Assembly: GCF_006345805.1 (NCBI RefSeq)
Contig: NC_043007.1
Coordinates: 7,688,001-7,752,000, forward strand
DNA from: Octopus sinensis
Taxonomy: Eukaryota
DNA: 64,000 nucleotides
Direction: 5' to 3'
Made by a program: the position numbers and the translations under genes. Position 1 is the stretch's first letter, and every line of letters begins with the position of its first letter. Under the pieces are notes generated by a model that was not told where the DNA came from, did not search any database, and saw nothing but the letters and a program-made list of their open reading frames with translations. Shown here in pieces: positions 39,701 to 51,947 of the stretch.

Positions 39701-40242
39701 GCAAAATTACTATCTGCTTTTATAGCAGGTTGATGCAGGTAGTTTATCCCAGTCACACCCTCTGACGTTTAGTTCATACAATTGAAAAAACGCATTATAA
39801 AGTGAGGAAAGGCTGTGCACTGAGTCAATCTCACTCACTAAGCAACAGCAGCCATAATCCGAAAAGAAGAACAAGTCAACATCATCGATAACCACTGAGC
39901 CGCAATGTCGGAGTTATCCCAGTTACCTGAGTTACCTAGAATGATGCCTTAACAAAGGCTAGGAGTCCTCCCAATGGTTTAACCGCGCGATCGAGTATTC
40001 AGTCCGATTATTTCTATGTCCCCGCGCATGATACAGCCTAAGACATTTATTGGACGGCCGTTGACTCTCAAGAGTTTCTCCGCCCTTTGACGTGTTTTGT
40101 TTTTCATCCCGCAGGGTGTTCAATAAACACCCTCCTCACCAAGCAAGCTTGGTGGGGTTGACGGTTTAGTCACCGACGACCTGACCATGCAACAGGTTGT
40201 ACTGGGTTACATGTTACCAGTAGCACTCGAAAATGACCTGAC
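39700..40242 (-). mobile_element. 5' end of an RTE-like LINE (5' UTR plus start of APE domain)
   Basis: Homologous to 31512-31971, then continues into a decayed NVRGC (xWNVRG-like) motif; 5' flank is (TATG)n. Confidence 0.7.
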
Positions 40243-40275
40243 ATACATACATACATACATACATACATACATACA

Positions 40276-40307
<32 letters not shown>

Positions 40308-40723
40308 CGTGCCTGTATATATGCATAGCAAGAGAAAGGGAGAGAATGCAGTAGAGAAATCGGATCCACGATACACGATAGATATTTGTTATTTGTCGTT
40401 TGTCTTATTTGTAAGTTTGTATTCTTCAAGCGAAATGTTATTCCTTGAAGCATCTTCATATATTTCGCTGATTGTTCTTGTACAATGGCATTTCTTTACC
40501 ATTCTACAGCATCAACACCAAATTCCATTCCGATTCCTGTAATTACTTGAAGCATAAGTTAGCCTGTCGTTTCATTGAAATCAATTCTGTCATCTTTAAG
40601 AGAAAGAGAGGAAGAGATGAGAAGAGTGGGAGGGAGGAGTAGAAGAGTAAAAGAACCGGAGGGGACTAATATACATACATACATATATATATATACATAT
40701 ATATATACTATATATATATATAT

Positions 40724-40784
<61 letters not shown>

Positions 40785-40815
40785 CATATATATATACATA
40801 TATATGTATAAATAC

Positions 40816-40851
<36 letters not shown>

Positions 40852-41674
40852 TTATACATATATATGTATATATATATACATATATATATACTTATATATA
40901 TATATATATTATATATATATATATAGTGAGAGAGAGAGAGGGGGAGAGAAACAAGTAGAGGTGATGAAAATAAGAAGATGATGGAAATGGGGAACCTAAA
41001 ACGGTTGAATCCGTTGGTCTCTCAACGCGATTTTAAATGCGACGTGATGAGAATGACGGACAAACGTGTAGAGAAGGAGATGCACCTACCTACACACATA
41101 CTCCCCAAACTACTCTCTTATTCGCATCACTCGCATACATGCACCTACACATATGTGCATACATGTATGAATGCGCAAAAAAGTGGACACACATAGTGAC
41201 ACACACACACACACACACACATTTAAGCACACACTTAAAGGGATACTTACATATAGACAAGTGGCATCACGCATACATGCTCATGCTTATACATACGCGC
41301 ACACGTAGACATACTCTCACACAGCACACACTTACATATGCATATATCTACATACATAGAAATACCTATGCATATTATACACACCCACACACATGAGTCT
41401 ACAAACTCGCACACATGAATTATATTAACGGCATGAATAGTCATTCGTTCTTGGTCAAATGAAAATAAGTTATCCCCCCCTACAAGCCCTCTACATGGTC
41501 GTTCGACTTGCTAGAAATGGCAGTAATCCTACAAATTACGCACCGGCGTATTAAAGAAAAGAAAGACGCATGAGACAGTGTAATGTGGAACACATTTAAA
41601 AGGTCAGGTTGGTGACGGCTGAAATGCTTTTGATCATAGGTCTGATCAAAACTTAAGAGGAGGAGAGAAAAAAA

Positions 41675-42640
41675 TCAAAATTTATTTATTGGAAAGATCT
41701 GGAGGAAGGGCTGCGCCCATATCCTTTGCAGGCCATCTGGCAATGTAAAGCTGATGCCGTATATGCTCTCTTGGAAGGCTTCGAGTCGAAAATCACAGGG
41801 AAGACTAAATGCACATGCATAATTGCTGTTGTAAGCGACTGCAATAAGAATGCAGGTGTGTGTGTGCTCGCTAGCGTGTATAATTGTAGTTTGCACAAAG
41901 TTACAAGTTAAGGTAAAAGAAGGATACAGTGAAGGGCTTAGAGTAGAGTCTAATGATTGGGAAGAGATCACAACGAGTGACCGAGGGAAAAGTGATGAGT
42001 ACGTCGGGTGTGCCTGGATGGAGACAATTTGAGAGATGGCGGCTTCGAGAAATAAAGACTAGTGCAACTACTGTAGAAAGGAAGGATTGAGGAGACAGGC
42101 AGCACATTTGTGAACCATATGTATGCAAACATGTCCGACAAAATGTTTCGAGGGATTTTCTTTGCGACGATAATTTCCATGTTAATATTAGTAATAGGCA
42201 GAAAATGTTATAGGAAACGACCCTGTCTCAACAGCTTCTGACAATTTCTCCTCTCAGTAAACATAAGGAAAATTGCGGTCATAACCAGTTTTATCTGGAA
42301 ACCTGCCCTGGAAATAATAGGTTACAATGAATGGACTAGATTTACAGACACTTGACAAGTTCGTTATATCAACAGCAGTAAACATCGACGAACAGCTGCG
42401 AAAGGATGTGCGGCAACTTAGGAAAATCAATTTCATGCCAAGACGATGGTCTTTGGACAAGAAGTTGTTGTCACAACCCTCCTATATGCCTACAAGCTAA
42501 GAATAGTCTATAGGAGACCTACGAGAAAATTCAACACCTATATGTGGTATCTCTATAGCATTCAGCATATTTGCAGGCAAATAACCTTGACTTTGTAGTA
42601 CTTTGGCAAGCCAACATCTTAATCTTGTTCACTCTCTGAC
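41675..42640. mobile_element. Two faint LINE relics (minus 41675-42130; plus RTE-like 42330-42640)
   Basis: RIW..FLQIFP-like end and VVVTTLLYA motif; heavily decayed. Confidence 0.3.
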
Positions 42641-42679
42641 AGAAAGCTCAGGTGAGATGTACTTGTCATATTAGTCATG

Positions 42680-42880
42680 ACGAAATTTCTGGAGAAAAGC
42701 GGGACGTTATTCCTAGTCTGATGTCCTGGAGGTTTTCAGTGAACCGGTCGGACAAGCGGCGTCCTGTTTGACCAATATATAGGGAAGGACAGAGAAAGCA
42801 GTAGATGCCATTAGGCACCGGTGAAAGAGTCAGTGATGTGATAGAGGTGTTGATGGGTTGGGAAGCAGACTTCTGACCAC
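42680..42880 (-). mobile_element. Penelope-like GIY-YIG endonuclease fragment
   Basis: GIYCFLCPSLYIGQTGRRLSDRFTENLQDIR. Confidence 0.85.
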
Positions 42881-42909
42881 AAAGCAAGACATACACATGT
42901 ATACAAATA

Positions 42910-43200
<291 letters not shown>

Positions 43201-43916
43201 GATATTGCACAAATATTGATGCCATGATTGCAGGCATATATAAATATATATATACACATAAATGCACGCACACACACACACACATTTATATACATACACA
43301 TATATACATACGCGAACATTGATGCATACATGAATACATGTGTGTGTATGTATGTACAAACATATATATATTCATATTCAAAGAAGCACATACACACATA
43401 CCTAAGTGTGTGTGTATGTATGTCTTTGTGTGTATGTGTGTGTGTGTGTGTGTGTGTATTCGTGTGGTAAGAGAAATAGTAAGTGAGACAGCGTTGCAGT
43501 GAGTTAGAGAGGTTTATGTAACTGATGTTTTATTTACCTGAGGAAGAAAGAAAAGAAATCAACCAAACGTGACAAATTTGCTTAAAGTAACAAATTTAAT
43601 AAATATTATAGAGAAAAAATAATAATATATAAAATAAAATATATTATGATAACATAAGCATTAAAATAAATAAAGTCGGATAGTTTAACATATTTATTTT
43701 ACCATTTAAAGTATCTCTTAGTAAAATAGTACGTCGCCAGGATACAAATATTCACTCTCCATATTGCTTGTGTGTGCGTGTTTATGTATGTGTGTGTTTT
43801 GTGTCTATATACATTTACACATTTACATATATATATGTGTGTATATTATATATATATAAAGAAAGAAAGAAAGGGATGACACCAGAAAACCAAATGTCAT
43901 GTAATGAGCTTCCTTA

Positions 43917-43995
43917 GCTTACAGCTGCTTCTTTTATAAGGTGTGGTGGACTCTTAGTTGAGTACTAGGATAACATCGTATAGCTTCATCAGAGC
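43917..43995 (-). ncRNA. Degenerate hammerhead relic
   Basis: gcu-CUGAUGA-..-GAAGC-AGCU-GUA^agc (A15.1 changed to G). Confidence 0.65.
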
Positions 43996-44119
43996 TTTGA
44001 ATATGATGCTTGCTTTGCCTGGGAAAGTTACACTTTCAGAACATGAAGGCGTCACGAGTGAGAAAGTTTGTTGATGGCTCGCTGTGCCAAAGCGAAATAT
44101 CAATATATATATAATATGG

Positions 44120-44270
44120 CTGAATAGTTAAAAAGTTCGCTTTGCAAGCGCGAGGTCCCGGGTTCGACCACACTGCGTAGTATCTTAAACAAATGTCATT
44201 TTCTATAGCCTCGATTTGATCCATAGCTTATAAGTGAAATTATGTAGACGGAAACTGTACAGAAGCGCAT
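44120..44270 (+). mobile_element. Degenerate SINE head
   Basis: gtcccgggttcgacc box B and gtagacggaaactg core. Confidence 0.55.
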
Positions 44271-45296
44271 CTGGTGGATTGTGCCTAGATTTCGAATGGT
44301 ACAGCTCTGTCGCACCCTGTATCACGCTGATCTTAATCTAGAGTAATGCTAAAAAAGTACTCGTGTTTGTGAAATGCTCAGCTACTTTTACATTGAATTC
44401 AGAAGCAGACCATTGAGGACATTAAACAACTGAATCCTCATTGTGAACCGACGGAGATCCACCACCATTCTTAAGTTTCTTGAGTAAACTTGCGTTTCAT
44501 TTAAATTTTTGAAACCTTCTAAATCAAGTTTATTAAAATAACTCAAAAATTATATCTCCCCAAAGGAAAGAGTTCAGTGTTATTTAATAATATTCGTTAA
44601 GCTATTTATACTTTCTAACAATTTCTGTATCACTCATACCCATCTCTCTCTCCCTCCCCCTCTCTCTCTATGCTTCTCCGTCTCTTCCCCCTCTCTCTCT
44701 GTATGCGTGTATACTTTTCTTCTTTCTTTTTTTCCATTTCATTCTTCACGTTTTCCCATCCCACATTCTCCCCTTCTCCTTTTTCATCTTCTTTTTCTTC
44801 TCCTCCTTTTTCATCTTTTTCTTCTTCTTCCTTCTCCTTTTTCTCCTTCTTCTTCTGCTCCTCCTTCTCTTCCTTCTTGTTCTTCTTTCTCTCCTTCGCT
44901 TTCTTTTACTTTCTTCGTCTAGTTCTTCATCTTCTTTTTCGTTTCCTTCTTCTTCATCTTCACCGACGAGGATGACTTTGATTTCCATCGTTTCAGTATG
45001 GAGGAAGTGTGAAAGGTCCGGGCCAGGAGTGGACGCATCTCATCCATCATTCGCCCTCTCACTTAATCATTCATTCAGCCTCACAAAGTCATTCGCTGAC
45101 TCATTCAACCAGTCGTTCATCCGATCAGTCCCTCGCCTATTCACTCACTTTCTCCCCCACCCTCGTCTCTCTTTCTCATTGAAAGAAATTGACCACATTC
45201 AGACCCGGAGAGAGAGAGATTCTGTCAATTTTAAAATGTTCCAACCCCGCCCTTCGCCCCTCCCTTCGACTCTATCAGAAGTTCAGTACGCAAATC

Positions 45297-45391
<95 letters not shown>

Positions 45392-45669
45392 AGGAAAGAA
45401 AGATTAAATGAGTTGTCATTCCAGAGGTGAAAGTATCGGAATTCTTCGTGCGTTGGAATGGAATGTAGGGTGTACGGTGGATTCTAAGTTTCAATCCTGG
45501 ATTTTGTCAGCAACAAGAAAACTACCAGTGATACTTTTGTTACCAGCTGCGACCCCAGCCGATATTCTCAAAGACATTCCAGCTATGACTACCCTGTCTC
45601 TTTTTTATATCAAGAATTTGAAGACGGTAACATACTGTTTCAAGGATATTTAGTTTCTATTTCTTGCAG

Positions 45670-45751
45670 GACCAGCAAAGAGATTCCAAATTCATTTGTT
45701 GGATTATTGGATTTCCTTGAAGACTGCCTCATCAATTTGAAGAATGGCTCC
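45670..45751 (+). CDS. Candidate exon (phase 2 to 0): TSKEIPNSFVGLLDFLEDCLINLKNGS
   Basis: Acceptor tttctatttcttgcag, donor CC|gtaaag, only one frame open. Confidence 0.5.
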
Positions 45752-45818
45752 GTAAAGTAGGGGTTGTTGCGTGACTGCACCTTCCCCGGTTAGAAAGATA
45801 CGATGCTTTTAATGCAAT

Positions 45819-45854
<36 letters not shown>

Positions 45855-46091
45855 AGTAGCCACAGGTTTGCAGATATGTGAACGAAGCTAGTTTTTTAAA
45901 GGAGAGAGGTACCGTCAATCGAACTGATCCGCGTTCCATTTTACGCTTTCTTTTGTCTTGCCTTACCTTGAGCTCCCAACTTGCGATTGTGACTGGAACA
46001 CCGTGTCCGAGGGCATTTTAAAGTTGGTTGGACCTAGGCATCTGCAGGGCTGACACCAGCCGGTTTCTCTGGAAGAGAAAGATAGTGGTAA

Positions 46092-46122
<31 letters not shown>

Positions 46123-46293
46123 GAGAGAGAGAGAGAAAGAGAGAGAGATAGTCAGAGACAGAAACAGAGAGAGACAGACAGACAGAGATAGAGACAGACA
46201 GACAGAGATAGAGACAGACAGACAGACAGACAGAGATAGACAGATAGAGAGAAAAAGATTCGAATGCAGTAATGGACTGATATTTTCTTTAAG

Positions 46294-46327
46294 GATCCCA
46301 ACAGGGAAAAAAACCCAGTTGCCCTCG
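46294..46327 (+). CDS. Candidate 34-nt exon (phase 0 to 1): DPNREKNPVAL
   Basis: Acceptor attttctttaag, donor CG|gtagga; its length bridges the phases of the flanking candidates. Confidence 0.35.
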
Positions 46328-47327
46328 GTAGGAACCCAAAGATGCGGGCATAAAGTTCCAAGACTGCGCCACCTCATTTGCCTAAGGCACGTGGAAATAT
46401 ATGCTCGAGTCAACAGCGGAACAAATCAAAGCCGGTACTTAACAAATGGCACCGTACTATTGATATTATAGAAATCGATTTATAATATTGAAAGAAGGCC
46501 ACAAAATTTGAATGAAGAATACAGCTGATTGAAAAAGAATGTGTCAATTTATGTTATCGTTCCGAAGTGGATGACATGTGCATTTATCGTCATTTGAACT
46601 CGGAACAAGTAGAGACGTTATTATATACAATAACATATTATCGTTGTTACCGTACCATTATTCATACGACGATATGACGTCTTAATGGTGTTTATATATA
46701 GACATCAGCTAAGAAATGATATTTGCAGATAAATAAATGCACACGCTACTTATGCAATTCTTTAGAACCACTGTTAACATTTCATGATTCTTGGGAAAGA
46801 TAACGAAACAAAACCGCCTAAGATGCTGTTCGTTTGGACACAAATGGAAACATACTCTCCACAGACGTGCATATACACAAGCACACATACGCAAAACTAC
46901 ACACATACACAACTACACACACACACATACATACGCACACGCACACACGAATAATCGAGAATACGTAGCAAACATATCAAAGTACATAAATAGATCGATA
47001 CACACGAAAGCATAAAACCTATCCGTGCATAAACAAATACCAAAAGCAACAAGCGGAAACAGACCTGCTTTTCATCTTTCAGTAACATTTCTAATGAAAT
47101 TGTATATTTGTATATTGTTTCTTTTACTCATATTCCAATCTCATTTACCAAAACAAAATTCCTTCCGGCATGGGTAATTAGCTTCCTTATATTTGGACCA
47201 AAATTTCAGAAGAACCAGTTTTCCTTATAGCATAAAATATCGTTCCTCTCTTATTAGCCATTGAACATATATATGTATACTCGTAAATATATATATCTTA
47301 CCTTCTTTGGATCTTTCCTTTTCCTAT

Positions 47328-47362
47328 GTTTCTGACGAAGAGCTCCGCTCGAAAAGTTAAAC
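47328..47362 (+). ncRNA. Minimal hammerhead in a short PLE-type element (47297-47467)
   Basis: guuu-CUGACGA-a-gagc-ucc-gcuc-GAAA-AG-UU^aaac. Core intact, but the ACGU palindrome is mutated to AAGU. Confidence 0.7.
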
Positions 47363-47465
47363 CCTCCTTCTTTCCTTCTTTCCTGAGCGTCCAATATAAT
47401 ACTATACTTGCTCCACGTCCTCGCGTTGTTGTATTTTCTCTTTGTGTTTTCATGTTTGGATTAAC

Positions 47466-47588
<123 letters not shown>

Positions 47589-47808
47589 GTATATATATAT
47601 TTCTCTCTGTCATACTGCCTCGGTTCTCGCGGTTAAAATATAATGTTTGCTAAATAGACTACGTGGGTGGAAAAGGAGTGCAGAAATTTACGCCTGCGCA
47701 TTTTGAATTTGTTGGCACTGGCAGTTGGAGCTGGTTCATCTGAAGCGACAAGTTCGCCGATAGGTAAAGTTCCTTCTTTTTAGTGTTTCCAAATCCAAAT
47801 TAAGAAAT

Positions 47809-47871
47809 TTTGAGCTGACGAAAGAAATGCTGATTTTATTTGGCTAATCTTGAAACGTTGACGTACTCAAA
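47809..47871 (+). ncRNA. Type I hammerhead ribozyme, array copy 1
   Basis: uuugag-CUGACGA-aaga..ucuu-GAAAC-GUUGAC-GUA^cucaaa; 6-bp stem I; cleavage predicted after A47865. Confidence 0.88.
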
Positions 47872-48369
47872 CGATCTATGTACTTGTGATATTTTTCTGT
47901 ATTTACCTCCAAACCTTCGTGAGCTGTCTGGAGTAAACATTATCTGAGAGAAATTTTCTTTAAGTAGCAGGAATGGCTAAAAAAAATTTTTTTGGCTGCT
48001 ATTTCTACTAAGTTCAGTATGTGGCAAAGTAATTTATTTTACTAAGCCCTAATTATATAATGTAATATTTTGAATTCGCCTTAAATAGTCCTTTTACATA
48101 CTGAACACTTGGTGAAATTGATTAATTAATTTTACCCTCAATTGTTGATATTATAATTCATTTCTCTCTATCATACTGCCTCGGTTCTCGCGGTTAAAAT
48201 ATAATGTTTGCTAGATAGACTACGTGGGTGGAAAAGGAGTGCAGAAATTTACGCCTGCGCATTTTGAATTTGTTGGCACTGGCAGTTGGAGCTGGTTCAT
48301 CTGAAGCGACAAGTTCGCCGATAGGTAAAGTTCCTTCTTTTTAGTGTTTCCAAATCCAAATTAAGAAAT

Positions 48370-48432
48370 TTTGAGCTGACGAAAGAAATGCTGATTTTAT
48401 TTGGCTAATCTTGAAACGTTGACGTACTCAAA
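48370..48432 (+). ncRNA. Type I hammerhead ribozyme, array copy 2
   Basis: Identical to copy 1; cleavage predicted after A48426. Confidence 0.88.
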
Positions 48433-48928
48433 CGATCTATGTACTTGTGATATTTTTCTGTATTTACCTCCAAACCTTCGTGAGCTGTCTGGAGTAAACA
48501 TTATCTGAGAGAAATTTTCTTTAAGTAGTAGGAATGGCTAAAAAAAATTTTTTTGGCTGCTATTTCTACTAAGTTCAGTATGTGGCAAAGTAATTTATTT
48601 TACTAAGCCCTAATTATATAATGTAATATTTTGAATTCGCCTTAAATAGTCCTTTTACATACTGAACACTTGGTGAAATTGATTAATTAATTTTACCCTC
48701 AATTGTTGATATTATAATTCATTTCTCTCTATCATACTGCCTCGGTTCTCGCGGTTAAAATATAATGTTTGCTAGATAGACTACGTGGTGGAAAAGGAGT
48801 GCAGAAATTTACGCCTGCGCATTTTGAATTTGTTGGCACTGGCAGTTGGAGCTGGTTCATCTGAAGCGACAAGTTCGCCGATAGGTAAGTTCCTTCTTTT
48901 TAGTGTTTCCAAATCCAAATTAAGAAAT

Positions 48929-48991
48929 TTTGAGCTGACGAAAGAAATTCTGATTTTATTTGGCTAATCTTGAAACGTTGACGTACTCAAA
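48929..48991 (+). ncRNA. Type I hammerhead ribozyme, array copy 3
   Basis: One substitution inside stem II; cleavage predicted after A48985. Confidence 0.88.
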
Positions 48992-49472
48992 CGATCTATG
49001 TACTTGTGATATTTTTCTGTATTTACCTCCAAACCTTCGTGAGCTGTCTGGAGTAAACATTATCTGAGAGAATTTTCTTTAAGTAGTAGGAATGGCTAAA
49101 AAAATTTTTTTGGCTGCTATTTCTACTAAGTTCAGTATGTGGCAAAGTAATTTATTTTACTAAGCCCTAATTATATAATGTAGTATTTTGAATTCGCCTT
49201 AAATGGTCCTTTTACATACTGAACACTTGGTGAAATTGATTAATTAATTTTACCCTCAATTGTTGATATTATAATTCATTTCTCTCTGTCATACTGCCTC
49301 GGTTCTCGCGGTTAAAATATAATGTTTGCTAGATAGACTACGTGGGTGGAAAAGGAGTGCAGAAATTTACGCCTGCACATTTTGAATTTGTTGGCACTGG
49401 CAGTTGGAGCTGGTTCATCTGAAGCGACAAGTTCGCCGATAGGTAAAGTTCCTTCTTTTTAGTGTTTCCAAA

Positions 49473-49940
49473 CAGGAGCCTATTATGCTTCACTTTTGAG
49501 GAAATTAAGAGAAGTTATCAAAATCAAGAGGCGGGGCAAGATCAGCAAAGGCATCCTCCTCCTGCAGGACAACGCTCCGGTCCACAACTCGCGTGTCGCC
49601 AGATCAGAAGCACAGGCGTGCAGCTATGAACTCCTCCCCATCCCCTCCTACTTTCCTGACCTTTCACCCTCTGATTTTCACCTCTTCCCAATCATGAAGT
49701 TGTTTTTGAAAGGAAAGCGTTTCCCAGATGATGCAGCCTTGATTTCTGAAGTCACGTTGAGGTTGGAGGACCAAACTGGGTTCTTCTAAAAAAACAGTCT
49801 CTAGAGCCGCATCAAACGATGGGAGAAATGCGTAACTCTGGGTGGTTCCTATGTAGAAAAAGACTAATAACTGTGCCAAGTTTCGTTGCTCTACTACTAT
49901 GGGAAGTGGGTCAGGGGCATTACTTATTGAACGCCCCTCG
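49473..49940 (+). mobile_element. 3' half of a mariner (irritans-like TIR)
   Basis: GAYYASLL, LLQDNAPVH, PDLSPSDFHLF; ends ..ttattgaacgcccctcg|TA. Confidence 0.88.
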
Positions 49941-50134
49941 TATATGTGAATGGAACAAAAACGCAATAGAGGGCATTTAAACGTTCGGACAGATAGACGA
50001 CATAAAGGCAGACAAGAGAAACAGCAATTAGATCAGACAAAAAATGAGTCATTCTTGGCTTTCTTCCATCAGTCAAGTACCAGCAGTCCCGACCATTTCG
50101 GACAGGAAAAGGGGAGTTTAAAATCCTTGCAGAT

Positions 50135-50691
50135 ATACAAAATTTAGAGAACTGACCACTAAAAAATGAACAGCCTGTATGCTAGATATAGACGTCAAAA
50201 TCGCCATTTTCCACAAAGAATGTGTTCTCAAGAAAAAATTCACCAAAAAACTAAAGTGTAAAAATAAACAAGACAAATGAAAATATACGAAATAAAAAAA
50301 CGATTACCTATGTACTAATTAGTTTCGCTTGTTAATATTTACGTATATGGATACGCAAACATCTGCAAGTTCATCAGAATAGTCTGTCGTTTACCAAACA
50401 TAATTCCCAAAACTAGATACAGGGCGCTCGACCGAAATCCAGTATGTTTAAAGTTCCACAAATTATATTAATGTGTATCTTTCAAATGCCTTCACTTTGG
50501 CGCGCTCAGCTCGAAAATTACTCTGCAGTTAATAAACTACAGAAGTCAATTTACCGGTTAGAGAACATTTTTTTTATTTAAAATTAAATAAGGGTAGAAA
50601 TTGATATTAATCAATTACAACCAGTGGCCTAGCATTTTTCTTTTTAAATCCGAAGATTAAAAATGTTTTACATACAAAATTTAGAGGACTG
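50135..50691 (-). mobile_element. 537-bp hammerhead-bearing unit with a 20-bp terminal direct repeat
   Basis: atacaaaatttagag(a/g)actg at 50135-50154 and 50672-50691; shares short motifs with the 560-bp array unit in opposite orientation. Confidence 0.65.
50308..50382 (-). ncRNA. Type I hammerhead ribozyme, near-intact
   Basis: cuauu-CUGAUGA-a-cuug..[12-bp stem]..caag-c-GAAAC-UAAUUA-GUA^cauag. Helix III ACUAAUUAGU is a perfect palindrome; closing pairs of stems I and II are mismatched. Confidence 0.78.
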
Positions 50692-50741
50692 TGTGTGTGT
50701 ATGTGTAAACACAAATATATCACCAAATATTTATATATACA

Positions 50742-51147
50742 TGCGTGTTGGCTGTATGGTAAGTAGCTTGCTTACCAACCACATGGTTCCGGGTTCAGTC
50801 CCACTGAGTGGGACCTTGAGCAAGTATCTTCTACTATATACCCTCGGGCCAACCAAACCATTGTGAGTGGGTTTGGTAGCGGGAAACTGAAAGAAGCTAG
50901 TCGTATATGTATGTATGTATGTATGTATGTATGCATGTATGTATGTATGTATGTATGTATGTATGTATGCGTGTGTATATGTTTGTGTGTTTACGTGTAA
51001 CTTGGCGATTCGGTGTAAGAGACCGATATAATAAGTACTAGGCTTACAAAGAACAAGTCCTAGGGTCGATGTACTCGACTAAAGGCGATGCTCCAGCATG
51101 GCTGCAGTCAAATGACTAAAACAAGTAAAAGACTAAAAGAATAAAAG
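50742..51147 (+). mobile_element. SINE (ggcgcaggagtggctg family); a partial copy follows at 51268-51420
   Basis: Matches 54731-55142. Confidence 0.8.
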
Positions 51148-51413
51148 AACATATATATATATATATGTATATATATATGCATATATATGTGTATGTATAT
51201 ATGTATATGTAATATATATATATATATGCCTGTATGTACGTACGTATGCATGCATGTATTATGTATGTAGGCGCAGGCGTGGTTCCGTGGTAAGAAGCTT
51301 GCTTCCCAACTATGCGTTCGGTCCCATTGTGTGGCACCTTGGGCATGTGTGTGTCCTACTGCAGTTCAAATTGTTATGGGTGGATATGGTGGGCGGGAAC
51401 TGAAAGAATCCAG

Positions 51414-51449
<36 letters not shown>

Positions 51450-51484
51450 ATGCATATATGTATACGTATATCTATGGATCGCGG

Positions 51485-51908
51485 ATTTTACCGAAAAAAG
51501 CATAGTGTTTACTGATTTTAGCCCACGCTGGTGGAAAGGGGAGAGCAGAAATTCTTCGCTTGCATTTTTGAGTTTGTTGGCACTGTTAGTTACGAGCAGA
51601 TCTTCAGAAGCGAGAGGAAGCCGAAAGGGTATGCTCCCACTTTCAGTGTTTTCAAATCCAAACCAGGGAGTTCTGAGCTGATGATAGAAATGTCGACTTT
51701 GACTAATCTTGAAACGTACGTTCTCAAATAACCTTTGCACTTGATTTTTTAATGTCTCTACCCCCATATTTGCGTGAGTTGAATTGAGCAAACACTATAT
51801 GAGAGCGGTTTTCTTTAAGTATTAGAAATAGTTTTAAAAAAGTTTTTTTAGCTGCTATTTCTAACGAGTTCAGTATGCGGCAAAGTAATTTATTTTACTA
51901 AGCCCTTT

Positions 51909-51915
<7 letters not shown>
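51485..51915 (+). mobile_element. Diverged solitary monomer of the 560-bp array unit
   Basis: Collinear similarity (tttgttggcact, tttccaaatccaaa, gctgctatttcta, gcaaagtaatttattttactaagccct); ends in (TA)n. Confidence 0.85.
51674..51726 (+). ncRNA. Type I hammerhead ribozyme in the diverged monomer
   Basis: ugag-CUGAUGA-uag..cuu-GAAAC-GUAC-GUU^cuca; helix III ACGUACGU. Confidence 0.8.

Positions 51916-51947
<32 letters not shown>

Larger units (their letters stand above)
47600..49472 (+). repeat. Tandem array, 3.3 copies of a 557-561-bp unit, one hammerhead per full unit (retrozyme-like)
   Basis: Unit starts at 47600, 48161, 48722, 49279; only a few substitutions and 1-bp indels between copies. 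Confidence 0.95.

Noticed and set aside
45670-45751. Ornithine decarboxylase antizyme similarity (SKE..SFV.LL.F.E)
   Set aside because: Needs a 3-residue insertion, and the neighbouring candidate exons do not match antizyme.
47600-49472. Array as a CRISPR locus
   Set aside because: Long identical units with no unique spacers, no cas genes, eukaryotic context.
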